A DNA stretch of 64,000 bases from an uncultured Candidatus Saccharibacteria bacterium (GTDB lineage Bacteria; Patescibacteriota; Minisyncoccia; Phycocordibacterales; PALSA-1337), in NCBI GenBank assembly GCA_964416985.1, contig CAYQFS010000003.1, positions 18,594 through 82,593 of the forward strand, written 5' to 3'. Below the pieces are notes generated by a model. It worked only from the letters and a program-made list of their open reading frames with translations, did no database searches and was not told the origin of the DNA. Made by a program: the position numbers and the translations under genes. This document shows, piece by piece, positions 48,134 through 56,860 of this stretch. How positions within the stretch are numbered: the first letter of the stretch is position 1; the number at the start of each line of letters is the position of its first letter.

Positions 48134-48365
48134 GGAAAGGCACGCATGAATGTACGGTGGCTATGGCTCCCGTGCCACGCTTGTGAAAAAATACGTTCGA
48201 GAATTCTGCCGCCCGCCAGCTGGCGGGTTGCAGAAGAGTGGATGTATTTTTATCTAAACAAAAAATAATCAGTTGGTGTAGTGGACTGGAGGACTTCAAT
48301 GTCCCGAATACTATTCAATCTGTCCTGATTGGGCGGATGGTGTACTGGATGGTTCGTTGCACATT

Positions 48366-48482
48366 ATCTTCGTTGCGAACGTGAACTTCAACGACGGGCA
48401 TCTCAAGGTCAACATGAACCGCTTCTCGAACGACAACGTCTGGAACGCCGAGAACCGTCATCGCATTGTAGTCCCGAAACTG
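48366..48482 (+). repeat. DGR template repeat (TR)
   Basis: AAC-rich copy of the VR; in the VR frame it reads IFVANVNFNDGHLKVNMNRFSNDNVWNAENRHRIVVPKL. Confidence 0.97.
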
Positions 48483-48497
48483 TCATTTCTCTCATCA

Positions 48498-48866
48498 TTA
48501 TTTGGTGAGAGTTTTGTTGAGTATTGATTTAGCAGTGGGACTTTGGAGGCCTTTGCGCCATCCACCAAGCATTCGCCCTATCTCTTCTAGCTTTTCCGAG
48601 AGTTCTGTATATTTGTCAGTCGGAATGAGCTTGCTCTCCCAGGCTAGCTGATAAAAGAATTTAAGAGTGTCTACCTTCGTTATGGTCCGGCCGAGCATAA
48701 CAGTCTTGGCTTCTGGTGGCAGATAAATGCAAGAGAAACTGAATTCCAAAGTATCAAGAAATAAGTCTTCAATCTTCTGACCAATACCGAGACGTTCAAC
48801 GCGCGGAAAGTTCCTATGAATGGCTAACCAAAATTGGTATGCTTCCTTTTCCTTCAAAATCACCAC
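48498..48866 (-). CDS. avd: Avd-like accessory four-helix-bundle protein, antisense to TR and RT
   Basis: FPRVERLGIGQKI and LEEIGRMLGGW motifs; true start may be ATG 48900/48894 across the C10 tract. Confidence 0.88.
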   Translation of the reverse strand: MVILKEKEAYQFWLAIHRNFPRVERLGIGQKIEDLFLDTLEFSFSCIYLPPEAKTVMLGRTITKVDTLKFFYQLAWESKLIPTDKYTELSEKLEEIGRMLGGWRKGLQSPTAKSILNKTLTK

Positions 48867-48877
48867 TGGAGAATTGC

Positions 48878-48887
48878 GGGGGGGGGG
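48878..48887. repeat. G10 homopolymer at the avd/RT junction
   Basis: Ten consecutive G (C10 on the avd strand). Confidence 0.9.
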
Positions 48888-48910
48888 TCGTCATAGTCAT
48901 TTTAATTTTT

Positions 48911-49900
48911 GTGAAAAATAAAGGGGTTGCGTACAACCATATCATATCTCTCAAAAATATCCACGAAGCGTGGCGTGAATTTGTCTCTGGTAAAAAATAT
49001 AAAACCGATGTGGCAGAATTCCTGCTCAAACTCTCGGAGAATACTTATAAGCTTCACATTGATCTAAAAAATAAAATATATGTCCACGGACCGTACGAAG
49101 CCTTCGCGGTTAATGACCCAAAGCCGCGCAGTATCCATAAAGCGAGCGTGCGGGACCGTTTACTCCACCATGCTCTCTATCGCCAACTCTACCCTTATTT
49201 TGATCAGAAATTTATTCACGATTCCTATTCTTGCCGTGACTTCAAGGGGACGCATCGGGCATTGGAGCGCTTTATGCAATTTTCTTGCAAGGTTTCAAAG
49301 AGCAATAAACGCACTTGTTGGGTATTGAAATGTGATGTTCGTAAGTTCTTTGCTTCGGTGGATCATTCAGTTCTCATGACGATACTTAAAAAGCATATTT
49401 CTGATCCTGATATTATCAATCTTGTCGGTGGGGTAGTGGAGAGTTTTAAAAGTACTGGTCCGGGAAAGGGTTTGCCACTCGGTAATCTTACTTCGCAACT
49501 TCTGGTGAATGTTTATATGAATGAATTTGATCAATACGTAAAGCATATTCTCAAACAGAAGTTTTATATTCGCTATGCTGATGATTTTGTGATTATGCAT
49601 CATGACCGCATTACATTACTAGAAGTGTTACCGAAAATTCATGCTTTTCTTGGATCGGTCCTTAAACTACAGCTTCATCCCGATAAGGTTTCTATCGAGA
49701 CAGTTTCTTCTGGCATTGATTTTCTTGGCTGGATCCATTTTCCTAATCACCGTGTGTTGCGGACCACCACAAAAAGAAGAATGTTCAAGAATTTAAAAAT
49801 GACAGAGACAAAACGTGAGACACTTCAATCGTATCTTGGACTTTTAAAACACGGCAATACCCATAAGTTACAAAACTCAATAAATAAATTTAAGACATAA
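48911..49900 (+). CDS. DGR reverse transcriptase
   Basis: KPRSIH, RDRLLHHA, SYSCR..KGTH, KCDVRKFF, GLPLGNLTSQ, YIRYADDF, IDFLG; frame is open from ATG 48839, but GTG 48911 is the more likely start. Confidence 0.95.
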   Translation: MKNKGVAYNHIISLKNIHEAWREFVSGKKYKTDVAEFLLKLSENTYKLHIDLKNKIYVHGPYEAFAVNDPKPRSIHKASVRDRLLHHALYRQLYPYFDQKFIHDSYSCRDFKGTHRALERFMQFSCKVSKSNKRTCWVLKCDVRKFFASVDHSVLMTILKKHISDPDIINLVGGVVESFKSTGPGKGLPLGNLTSQLLVNVYMNEFDQYVKHILKQKFYIRYADDFVIMHHDRITLLEVLPKIHAFLGSVLKLQLHPDKVSIETVSSGIDFLGWIHFPNHRVLRTTTKRRMFKNLKMTETKRETLQSYLGLLKHGNTHKLQNSINKFKT

Positions 49901-49953
49901 AAAATTATCCTCTGGAACTTCCTTTTTATTTTTTTAGGAATATAATTTTCTTT

Positions 49954-50781
49954 ATGCCACAAGAAATTACTATCACTGCTCCCCATAAAGATTTCGAATC
50001 AATCAAAAAGATTGATGAGAATGGCGTGGAATACTGGACAGCAAGGGAGCTTATGCCAATACTTGGGTATTCAAAGTGGCAGAATTTTGAAATAGTCATA
50101 AAAAAGGCTCAAGAAGCTTGCGTCAATAGCCGCCAGTTTCCCCAGGATCATTTTACTGAAGCCAGTAAATTGATCAAAATGGCTAAAGATGCTGTGCGTG
50201 AAATAAACGACTATAACCTTGATAGGTATGCCTGTTATTTAATTGCCCAAAACGGAGACTCTACTAAGAAAGAAATTGCCCTTGCCCAAACATATTTTGC
50301 GGTACAAACGCGTAACCAGGAGATGTTTAATAAACTTTCTGATGATGAGAAAAGAATACAAAGACGAGAGGAAGTAACTGACAGAAATAAACATCTTTTC
50401 AGTACGGCCAAACTTGCAGGCGTCTCAAATTTTGGAAAATTCAATGATGCAGGGTATAAAGGCCTCTATACCATGCCTCTTTCTGAAATTGAGAAGAGAA
50501 AGAAGGTAAAGAAAGGAGAATTACTCGATCGTGCAGGAAGTGTAGAACTTGGAGCCAATCTTTTTAGAATTACCCAGACAGAAGACAAAATCAAGAGAGA
50601 AAATATAAAAGGAGATACAGAAGCACAAAGAACACACTTTGATGTTGGAAAGAAAGTTCGTCAGACAATGAAAGAACTTGGCGGGGAAATGCCAGAAAAT
50701 CTCAAACCAGAAAGGCATATAAAGGAAATTAGGAAGAATAACAGATTCCTCAAAAAGAAATCACAAGCGAGAATAAAATAG
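49954..50781 (+). CDS. dinD: DNA damage-inducible protein D (Bro-N family)
   Basis: EYWTARELMPILGYSKWQNF, RYACYLIAQNGD, AQTYFAVQTR, ANLFRITQT. Confidence 0.9.
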   Translation: MPQEITITAPHKDFESIKKIDENGVEYWTARELMPILGYSKWQNFEIVIKKAQEACVNSRQFPQDHFTEASKLIKMAKDAVREINDYNLDRYACYLIAQNGDSTKKEIALAQTYFAVQTRNQEMFNKLSDDEKRIQRREEVTDRNKHLFSTAKLAGVSNFGKFNDAGYKGLYTMPLSEIEKRKKVKKGELLDRAGSVELGANLFRITQTEDKIKRENIKGDTEAQRTHFDVGKKVRQTMKELGGEMPENLKPERHIKEIRKNNRFLKKKSQARIK

Positions 50782-50817
50782 TATTTTTAGCCAAAAATGC
50801 TAAAATGGCATTTACGT

Positions 50818-53800
50818 ATGGAAAAGAGCAAGCAAGCCCAAACCGAAGAGAAAATACTGGCTTTTTGGGAAGAAAAAAAGATATTCAAGAAAACCCTCGA
50901 CAAGGAATTTCCGAAGGGCGATTTTATCTTTTATGATGGACCACCATTTGCAACAGGAGAGCCACACTATGGTCACGTCGTCCCGGGAACAATCAAAGAC
51001 ATAATTCCTCGTTATAAAACGATGAAAGGCTATCGCGTCCGCAGGCGATGGGGTTGGGACTGTCATGGATTGCCGGTAGAAAATCTCATCGAAAAAGAGC
51101 TCGGTCTTAAATCAAAAAAAGATATCCTTGACTACGGTATTGGAAAGTTTAATGCAAAGGCCCAAGAAAGCGTCATGCGGTATGCTGATGACTGGAGAAG
51201 GATCATTCCTCGCCTCGGTCGTTTTGTCGACATGGAGGATGACTATCGAACAATGGATACACCATACACCGAGTCAGTGTGGTGGGCTTTTTCTGAACTC
51301 TATAAAAAGGGATTAATTTATGAAGGATTCAAGTCAATGAATCTTTGCCCTCGCTGTGAGACAACACTTTCGAACTTTGAGGTAAGTCAGGGGTACAAGG
51401 ATATAACGGATATTTCGGTTTTTGTTACATTTGAAATAGTCGATGAGCCGGGAACTTTTCTTCTCGCATGGACGACAACCCCGTGGACTCTTCCAGGAAA
51501 TGTAGCGCTCGCAGTGAATCCTTCAATTCAATATTCAAAAATAAAAATACATAATCAGCAGTTATACGTAGCAACACCACGACTTTCTGCTGTGAAAGTA
51601 GAATATACAGTTGTCTCTGAAATTTCAGGAAAAGATCTTATCGGAAAATCATACAAACCTGTTTTCCCTTACTATTTTTCTGATCAAAAATTAAAAAATA
51701 AAGAAAATGGTTGGAAAGTTTATGGTGCCGATTTTGTAACAACGGAAGACGGAACAGGGATCGTTCATATTGCCCCAGCTTTTGGAGCCGATGATTACGA
51801 ACTTTCACTGAAGCACAATCTGCCGTTTGTTCAGCATGTTGGAACGAATGGCCAGTTCAAGGCGGAGGTTACGGATTTTGCTGGTCAGGATGTAAAACCA
51901 AAAGATTCTCCAGAAGAAAAGGACAAGCACCAAAAAGCTGATATTGAGATTATCAAATATCTTGCAGCCCACGGAACTCTTTTTGCAAAAGAAAAACTTG
52001 TACACTCATATCCGCACTGCTGGAGATGTGATACTCCACTTCTCAATTACGCAGCCTCATCATGGTTTGTAAAGGTTACTGATCTGAAGGATAAGCTCGT
52101 CAAAGAAAATAAGAAAGTGGGGTGGATTCCTCCTGAAGTTGGTGAAGGGCGGTTTGGAAATTGGCTCATGGGTGCTCGGGACTGGGCAATTTCACGTTCA
52201 CGTTTTTGGGGAGCGCCTCTGCCGGTCTGGAAAGAAGAAACAACAGGGGAATGTCATGTTCTCTCGTCGATTGCCGATCTCAAAAAATACAGTCATGCAA
52301 GAAATACCTACTACGTGAGCCGACACGGAGAAGCGGAAAATAATGTAAAGATGATCATCAGTTCTCTCAAGGAAAATCCGCATCATTTGACCGACCTTGG
52401 AAAAAAGCAGGCGAAGGAAGCGGGGCAATGGCTCAAGGATAAACATATTGATCTCATTATCACATCTCCATTTGTTAGAACAAAGGAGACGGCTGAAATC
52501 ATTGCTCAGCAGATTGGATTTGATAAAAATAAGATTGTTTTTGACGAAAGACTTCGGGAGCTTGGGGCGGGAATCTGGAACGGGAAAAACTTCCATGATT
52601 TTGTAGCGCATCTCAAAGAAGAGGATCGCTTCGAAATTGCTCCAGAGGGAGGTGAACAGTATGCTGATATAAAAAAGCGTATGGGGGACATCCTCTATGA
52701 CCTCGAGCAGAAGCATAGTGGCAAAAATATTCTTCTCGTTTCTCATGATACGCCACTTTTTCTTCTTGAGACAGTCGCCCAAGGCCTCAATCGAAAGCAG
52801 TCGATAGAACTCCGAGGTCACAAGGATCATTTTAATGAAAATGCAAAGCCTCGAAAGCTCGAATTTCATCCCTTGCCGCATAACGCTGAGTACGAAGCCG
52901 ATCTCCATCGGCCGTTCATTGACGAAATTCCTCTCATCTCCGAAAAGGGAAACAAGCTCGTGCGAATTCCCGAAGTTTTTGACTGCTGGTTTGAGTCGGG
53001 TTCAATGCCGTTTGGAGAAGCTCATTATCCATTCCAAAAATGCGATTTCAATCCTAAGCCGGGTCCATTTACAAAAATTCTCGGAAAAACTAAAGGCTAT
53101 CCTGCTGATTTTATTGCAGAAGGACTTGACCAGACTCGTGGCTGGTTTTACTCGATGATGGTCCTTGGGGTCGCTCTTTTTGGCCGATCTCCTTACAAAA
53201 AAGTTGTGGTCAATGGTCTCGTCCTTGCTGAAGATGGTCGCAAGATGTCGAAGCGTGAGAAGAATTATCCCGACCTCATGCTTATTGTAAATAAATATGG
53301 AGCTGATGCTCTCCGCTACTTCCTCATGTCATCTCCGGTCGTTCATGCTCAAGATTTTTGTTTTTCTGAGAGGGGAGTTGATGAGGTAATGAAAAAGCAC
53401 ATTGGTCGACTCAACAACGTCGTGACATTCTATGAAATGTATGCGAGTGAAGCAACCGATCTCACGATCACAAGCACCGATCCTCTCGATCTTTGGATTG
53501 TTTCTCGATTAGCAGAGCTAGCCTTAGAAGTCACACATGGTCTTGAAAAATATGAAATCGACCGAGCATCACGTCCTTTTGCAGAATTTATTGACGACCT
53601 TTCAACGTGGTATATTCGCCGTTCACGAGATCGATTTAAGAGTGAAAATGTGGAAGACAAAAATCGAGCCCTCGCTACGACTCGAAAAGTCCTTCTCGAT
53701 CTCTCAAAACTTCTGGCACCAATTATGCCGTTTCTTGCCGAGGATATGTACCAGCATGTGAAAGGTGAAAAGGAGAGTGTGCATCTCGAGCCGTGGCCTG

Positions 53801-54297
53801 AATTTAAAAGGGCTGATGCAAACATAATTGTAGACATGAAAGAGGTTCGCCGTGTCGCGTCCCTTGGCCTCGAAGCCCGCATGAAGGCAAAGATAAATGT
53901 CCGCCAGCCCCTCGCAAAGCTTTCAGTTAAATCTCCAATTCCAAAAAATCTCGCAGACATTATTAAAGATGAGGTAAATGTAAAAGAAGTTGTGACAGAT
54001 GCAGCGCTTTCGGAAGAAGTAGTACTTGATACTATCCTTACGCCTGAGCTCAGAGAAGAAGGGAATGTCCGTGAACTTCTTCGCGCAATTCAGGATCTTC
54101 GAAAAGAAAAAGGACTGACGATACAGGATCGTGCAATTTTGACAATTGATACCGATCGAAAAACTCAGGAACTTATTACAAAAAACAAAGAAGGCCTTTC
54201 ATCTGCGACGTTGCTCAAAGAAATAAAGTTTGGAAATTTGGAAGGTGAGGTAAAAATGGTGGGAGAACTCAGCTTAAAAATAGATATCGGGAAATAA
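50818..54297 (+). CDS. ileS: Isoleucine--tRNA ligase (type 2) with an inserted histidine-phosphatase domain
   Basis: FYDGPPFATGEPHYGH, GWDCHGLPVE, WTTTPWTLP, DWAISRSR, EGLDQTRGWF, KMSKR. Confidence 0.96.
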   Translation: MEKSKQAQTEEKILAFWEEKKIFKKTLDKEFPKGDFIFYDGPPFATGEPHYGHVVPGTIKDIIPRYKTMKGYRVRRRWGWDCHGLPVENLIEKELGLKSKKDILDYGIGKFNAKAQESVMRYADDWRRIIPRLGRFVDMEDDYRTMDTPYTESVWWAFSELYKKGLIYEGFKSMNLCPRCETTLSNFEVSQGYKDITDISVFVTFEIVDEPGTFLLAWTTTPWTLPGNVALAVNPSIQYSKIKIHNQQLYVATPRLSAVKVEYTVVSEISGKDLIGKSYKPVFPYYFSDQKLKNKENGWKVYGADFVTTEDGTGIVHIAPAFGADDYELSLKHNLPFVQHVGTNGQFKAEVTDFAGQDVKPKDSPEEKDKHQKADIEIIKYLAAHGTLFAKEKLVHSYPHCWRCDTPLLNYAASSWFVKVTDLKDKLVKENKKVGWIPPEVGEGRFGNWLMGARDWAISRSRFWGAPLPVWKEETTGECHVLSSIADLKKYSHARNTYYVSRHGEAENNVKMIISSLKENPHHLTDLGKKQAKEAGQWLKDKHIDLIITSPFVRTKETAEIIAQQIGFDKNKIVFDERLRELGAGIWNGKNFHDFVAHLKEEDRFEIAPEGGEQYADIKKRMGDILYDLEQKHSGKNILLVSHDTPLFLLETVAQGLNRKQSIELRGHKDHFNENAKPRKLEFHPLPHNAEYEADLHRPFIDEIPLISEKGNKLVRIPEVFDCWFESGSMPFGEAHYPFQKCDFNPKPGPFTKILGKTKGYPADFIAEGLDQTRGWFYSMMVLGVALFGRSPYKKVVVNGLVLAEDGRKMSKREKNYPDLMLIVNKYGADALRYFLMSSPVVHAQDFCFSERGVDEVMKKHIGRLNNVVTFYEMYASEATDLTITSTDPLDLWIVSRLAELALEVTHGLEKYEIDRASRPFAEFIDDLSTWYIRRSRDRFKSENVEDKNRALATTRKVLLDLSKLLAPIMPFLAEDMYQHVKGEKESVHLEPWPEFKRADANIIVDMKEVRRVASLGLEARMKAKINVRQPLAKLSVKSPIPKNLADIIKDEVNVKEVVTDAALSEEVVLDTILTPELREEGNVRELLRAIQDLRKEKGLTIQDRAILTIDTDRKTQELITKNKEGLSSATLLKEIKFGNLEGEVKMVGELSLKIDIGK

Positions 54298-54318
54298 ATA
54301 AACCCAAAATCACCCTAT

Positions 54319-54876
54319 ATGCACCACATCTACACAACTCCAGCCTTCGTTGTGAGCAGTCTTCCTCGAGGGGAAGCGGGGAAGTCCCTTCTTCTTTTTA
54401 CTCGTGACTTTGGAATGATATGGGCAACTGCGCAGGGAATCAGGCTCTCTCAGTCAAAACTTCGCCACCACATCCAGGACTATTCTTTTTCGTATGTTTC
54501 AATTGTGCGGGGAAAAGAAATGTGGAGACTGACCGGCGCAGGCGAGCTTCAGGAAAAAATAAAACCAAGCAAACTCTATGTTCGCATTTTGAATGTATTA
54601 AAAAGGCTTCTGACGGGGGAAGAAAAAAATGAGAAACTTTTTGAAATAATCGAGACAAGCTCGAAGGCCACTTACGAAGAAAAAGATACTGAAATCATTG
54701 AGTGTATTATAATGCTTAGAATCTTGAATGCACTTGGATATATTTCAAATAAAAAAGAATTCGATAAGTTTTTAATTGACAACGCACTTTCACCCGATTT
54801 GGTTGAAGAAATGAAAAAAGTGAAGCTCCTCGTGGTTAAGGAAATCAACTCAGCTCTCAAGGAGAGTCAGCTCTAG
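54319..54876 (+). CDS. recO: RecO-like DNA repair protein
   Basis: GEAGK.LLLFTRDFG..ATAQGIR..SKL OB-fold pattern. Confidence 0.75.
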   Translation: MHHIYTTPAFVVSSLPRGEAGKSLLLFTRDFGMIWATAQGIRLSQSKLRHHIQDYSFSYVSIVRGKEMWRLTGAGELQEKIKPSKLYVRILNVLKRLLTGEEKNEKLFEIIETSSKATYEEKDTEIIECIIMLRILNALGYISNKKEFDKFLIDNALSPDLVEEMKKVKLLVVKEINSALKESQL

Positions 54877-54903
54877 TATTGCATATGGTATAATAGTTCC
54901 ATT

Positions 54904-56847
54904 ATGGCACAGGACCCGAGCCAAATTGAAGAACTTAAAAAAACTCTCTATTCCCGCAATGCTCCCCTTATAAGGACAAAGCGCAGACTTCGTTTTGAAA
55001 AACCGCAGACGGAAGGGGTGCAGACTGACTGGGAACATCCACCTGAGGATCCGGAAAATGTCGAGCTCAACAAATATTATCAAGATCACTCAATGTCATT
55101 TCTCAAAAAACTTTTCGTCGCATCACTCCTCTTTTTTATCCTTGCGGTTGGAATTGGGGCGTATCTCGTTTTTAACGGGGCAAATATTGTTTCAGCAAAC
55201 AACATCGACATCACAGTGAGTGGTCCTGTCTCTGTTGCAGGAGGAACTCCCGTTTCATTTGAAGTGCAAGTCATAAATAAAAATAACATCAAGCTCCAGA
55301 ATGTGGATTTTCTTGTTGAATTTCCTGCAGGGACTGTTGATCCAAACGACACTACAAAAGAACTCAAGCAGTACCGAGAATTTATAGGTGAAATAGAACC
55401 AGGAGCAGTAGCTCAGAAGACAATTAAGGCAGTTATGTATGGGCAGGAAAATAGCAAAAAGGAGATTGTAGTTACTACCTCCTATCAAGTTAAAGGATCA
55501 AACGCTATAGTCCCAAAGCAAAAGACATTTGACATTCTCATCAGTTCATCGCCACTTTCTCTTACTGTTAGTTCATTTGATGAGATAACATCGGGTCAGA
55601 CCTTTGACATGAAAGTAACCCTCGCTTCCAATTCAAAAGAAACATTGAAAAATCTTGTCCTCAAAGCAAATTATCCTTTTGGCTACAACTTTGTTTCTTC
55701 CGATGTTCAGACAATAGGTGACAGTTCAACATGGAAAATAGGGGATATTCCTCCCGGAGGGAAGAAAGTCGTTACAATCAAAGGAAAGCTCGAGGGTGAG
55801 GATGACGAGACACGGGCATTTAGATTTATGGCAGGGACTCTGAGTCAAAATGGACAGAGTGTTGTGCCGACGATTGGAACACAGTTCATTTCTGAATCAA
55901 AAGAAATAAGCATACGAAAACCATTCATTACTGTTGGTATTTCTCTCGATGATACTGTTGGAACAAAGGAATACATTGGAGAATTTAATGATTCAATTAA
56001 GGTGGAAGTCTCCTGGTTCAATAATCTCCCGACAGCTATCAGTGACGGAGAAATCCATTTGAAACTGACAGGAAATGCCTTTGATAAATTTTCTGTTTCT
56101 CCAGAACAGGGCCTCTACCAATCTGCAAACAATACTATAACCTGGAACAAAATTACTACTCCTGAGCTCGGTACGATTGGCGCCGGTGAAAGTGGAAAGG
56201 TTACCTTTAACCTTACTCCTCGAGATTTGAGTACATCATTCAAGGGAGTTTCCAATCCTTCAATTTCTCTTTCGGTTGATGTTGAAGGTCGAAGAGTTTC
56301 CGAGAGTAATGTCCCCGAGCAGATCAGCTCGAGCGCTTCTCGAAAATTGAAGATTTCTTCAAACGCTTCTCTTTCATCACAGATTCTTCGGTCAACTGGT
56401 GGATTTACCAACACAGGACCGATTCCTCCTCGTGCTGAACAACAGACAACGTACACAGTCATCTGGAACGTCGACAACACCGCCAACACTCTTTCTGGTG
56501 CCGAAGTCCATGCATCTCTTCCTGCATACGTAACATGGCTTGGAAAAGTTTCTCCTTCCGATGAGGACATTACATTTGATAAGAGCTCCGGTGATATTAT
56601 CTGGAAAGTGGGAAGTCTTGATACTTACACCGTAAGCAATAGGCGCCGACGCCAGGTAGCTTTCCAGATTTCATTTGAGCCAAGCGTTGCCCAGATTGGC
56701 CAGTCTCCAAACCTCGTAAACCAGGCTATTCTCACTGCTCACGACGACTTTACCGAACAAACCCTCACAAGTGCTAATAGTCCTATCAACACGCGATTTA
56801 CCGGTGATCCAACGTTCAAGGATGGAGATGAGGTGGTGGGGAGGTAG
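54904..56847 (+). CDS. Large single-TM protein with repeated beta-sandwich (Ig/DUF11-like) domains
   Basis: One TM; repeated W.IG.I..G motifs; NTGPIPP. Confidence 0.7.
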   Translation: MAQDPSQIEELKKTLYSRNAPLIRTKRRLRFEKPQTEGVQTDWEHPPEDPENVELNKYYQDHSMSFLKKLFVASLLFFILAVGIGAYLVFNGANIVSANNIDITVSGPVSVAGGTPVSFEVQVINKNNIKLQNVDFLVEFPAGTVDPNDTTKELKQYREFIGEIEPGAVAQKTIKAVMYGQENSKKEIVVTTSYQVKGSNAIVPKQKTFDILISSSPLSLTVSSFDEITSGQTFDMKVTLASNSKETLKNLVLKANYPFGYNFVSSDVQTIGDSSTWKIGDIPPGGKKVVTIKGKLEGEDDETRAFRFMAGTLSQNGQSVVPTIGTQFISESKEISIRKPFITVGISLDDTVGTKEYIGEFNDSIKVEVSWFNNLPTAISDGEIHLKLTGNAFDKFSVSPEQGLYQSANNTITWNKITTPELGTIGAGESGKVTFNLTPRDLSTSFKGVSNPSISLSVDVEGRRVSESNVPEQISSSASRKLKISSNASLSSQILRSTGGFTNTGPIPPRAEQQTTYTVIWNVDNTANTLSGAEVHASLPAYVTWLGKVSPSDEDITFDKSSGDIIWKVGSLDTYTVSNRRRRQVAFQISFEPSVAQIGQSPNLVNQAILTAHDDFTEQTLTSANSPINTRFTGDPTFKDGDEVVGR

Positions 56848-56860
56848 GGAGAAGGTTAAT

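Larger units (their letters stand above)
47334..49900. mobile_element. Diversity-generating retroelement (target/VR, TR, antisense avd, RT)
   Basis: VR/TR pair with adenine-only mismatches, Avd-family ORF, DGR-type RT. Confidence 0.97.

Noticed and set aside
47297-48299. Overlapping alternative ORFs around the DGR target (47297-47911, 47409-47867, 47822-48268 and others)
   Set aside because: Shadow frames of a GC-richer gene with no recognisable motifs
48839-49900. RT as a group II intron, retron or Abi RT
   Set aside because: Short RT with no maturase or endonuclease tail, and the VR/TR pair and Avd identify it as a DGR
47054-50800. Prophage or integrative element carrying the DGR
   Set aside because: No integrase, phage genes or flanking direct repeats seen
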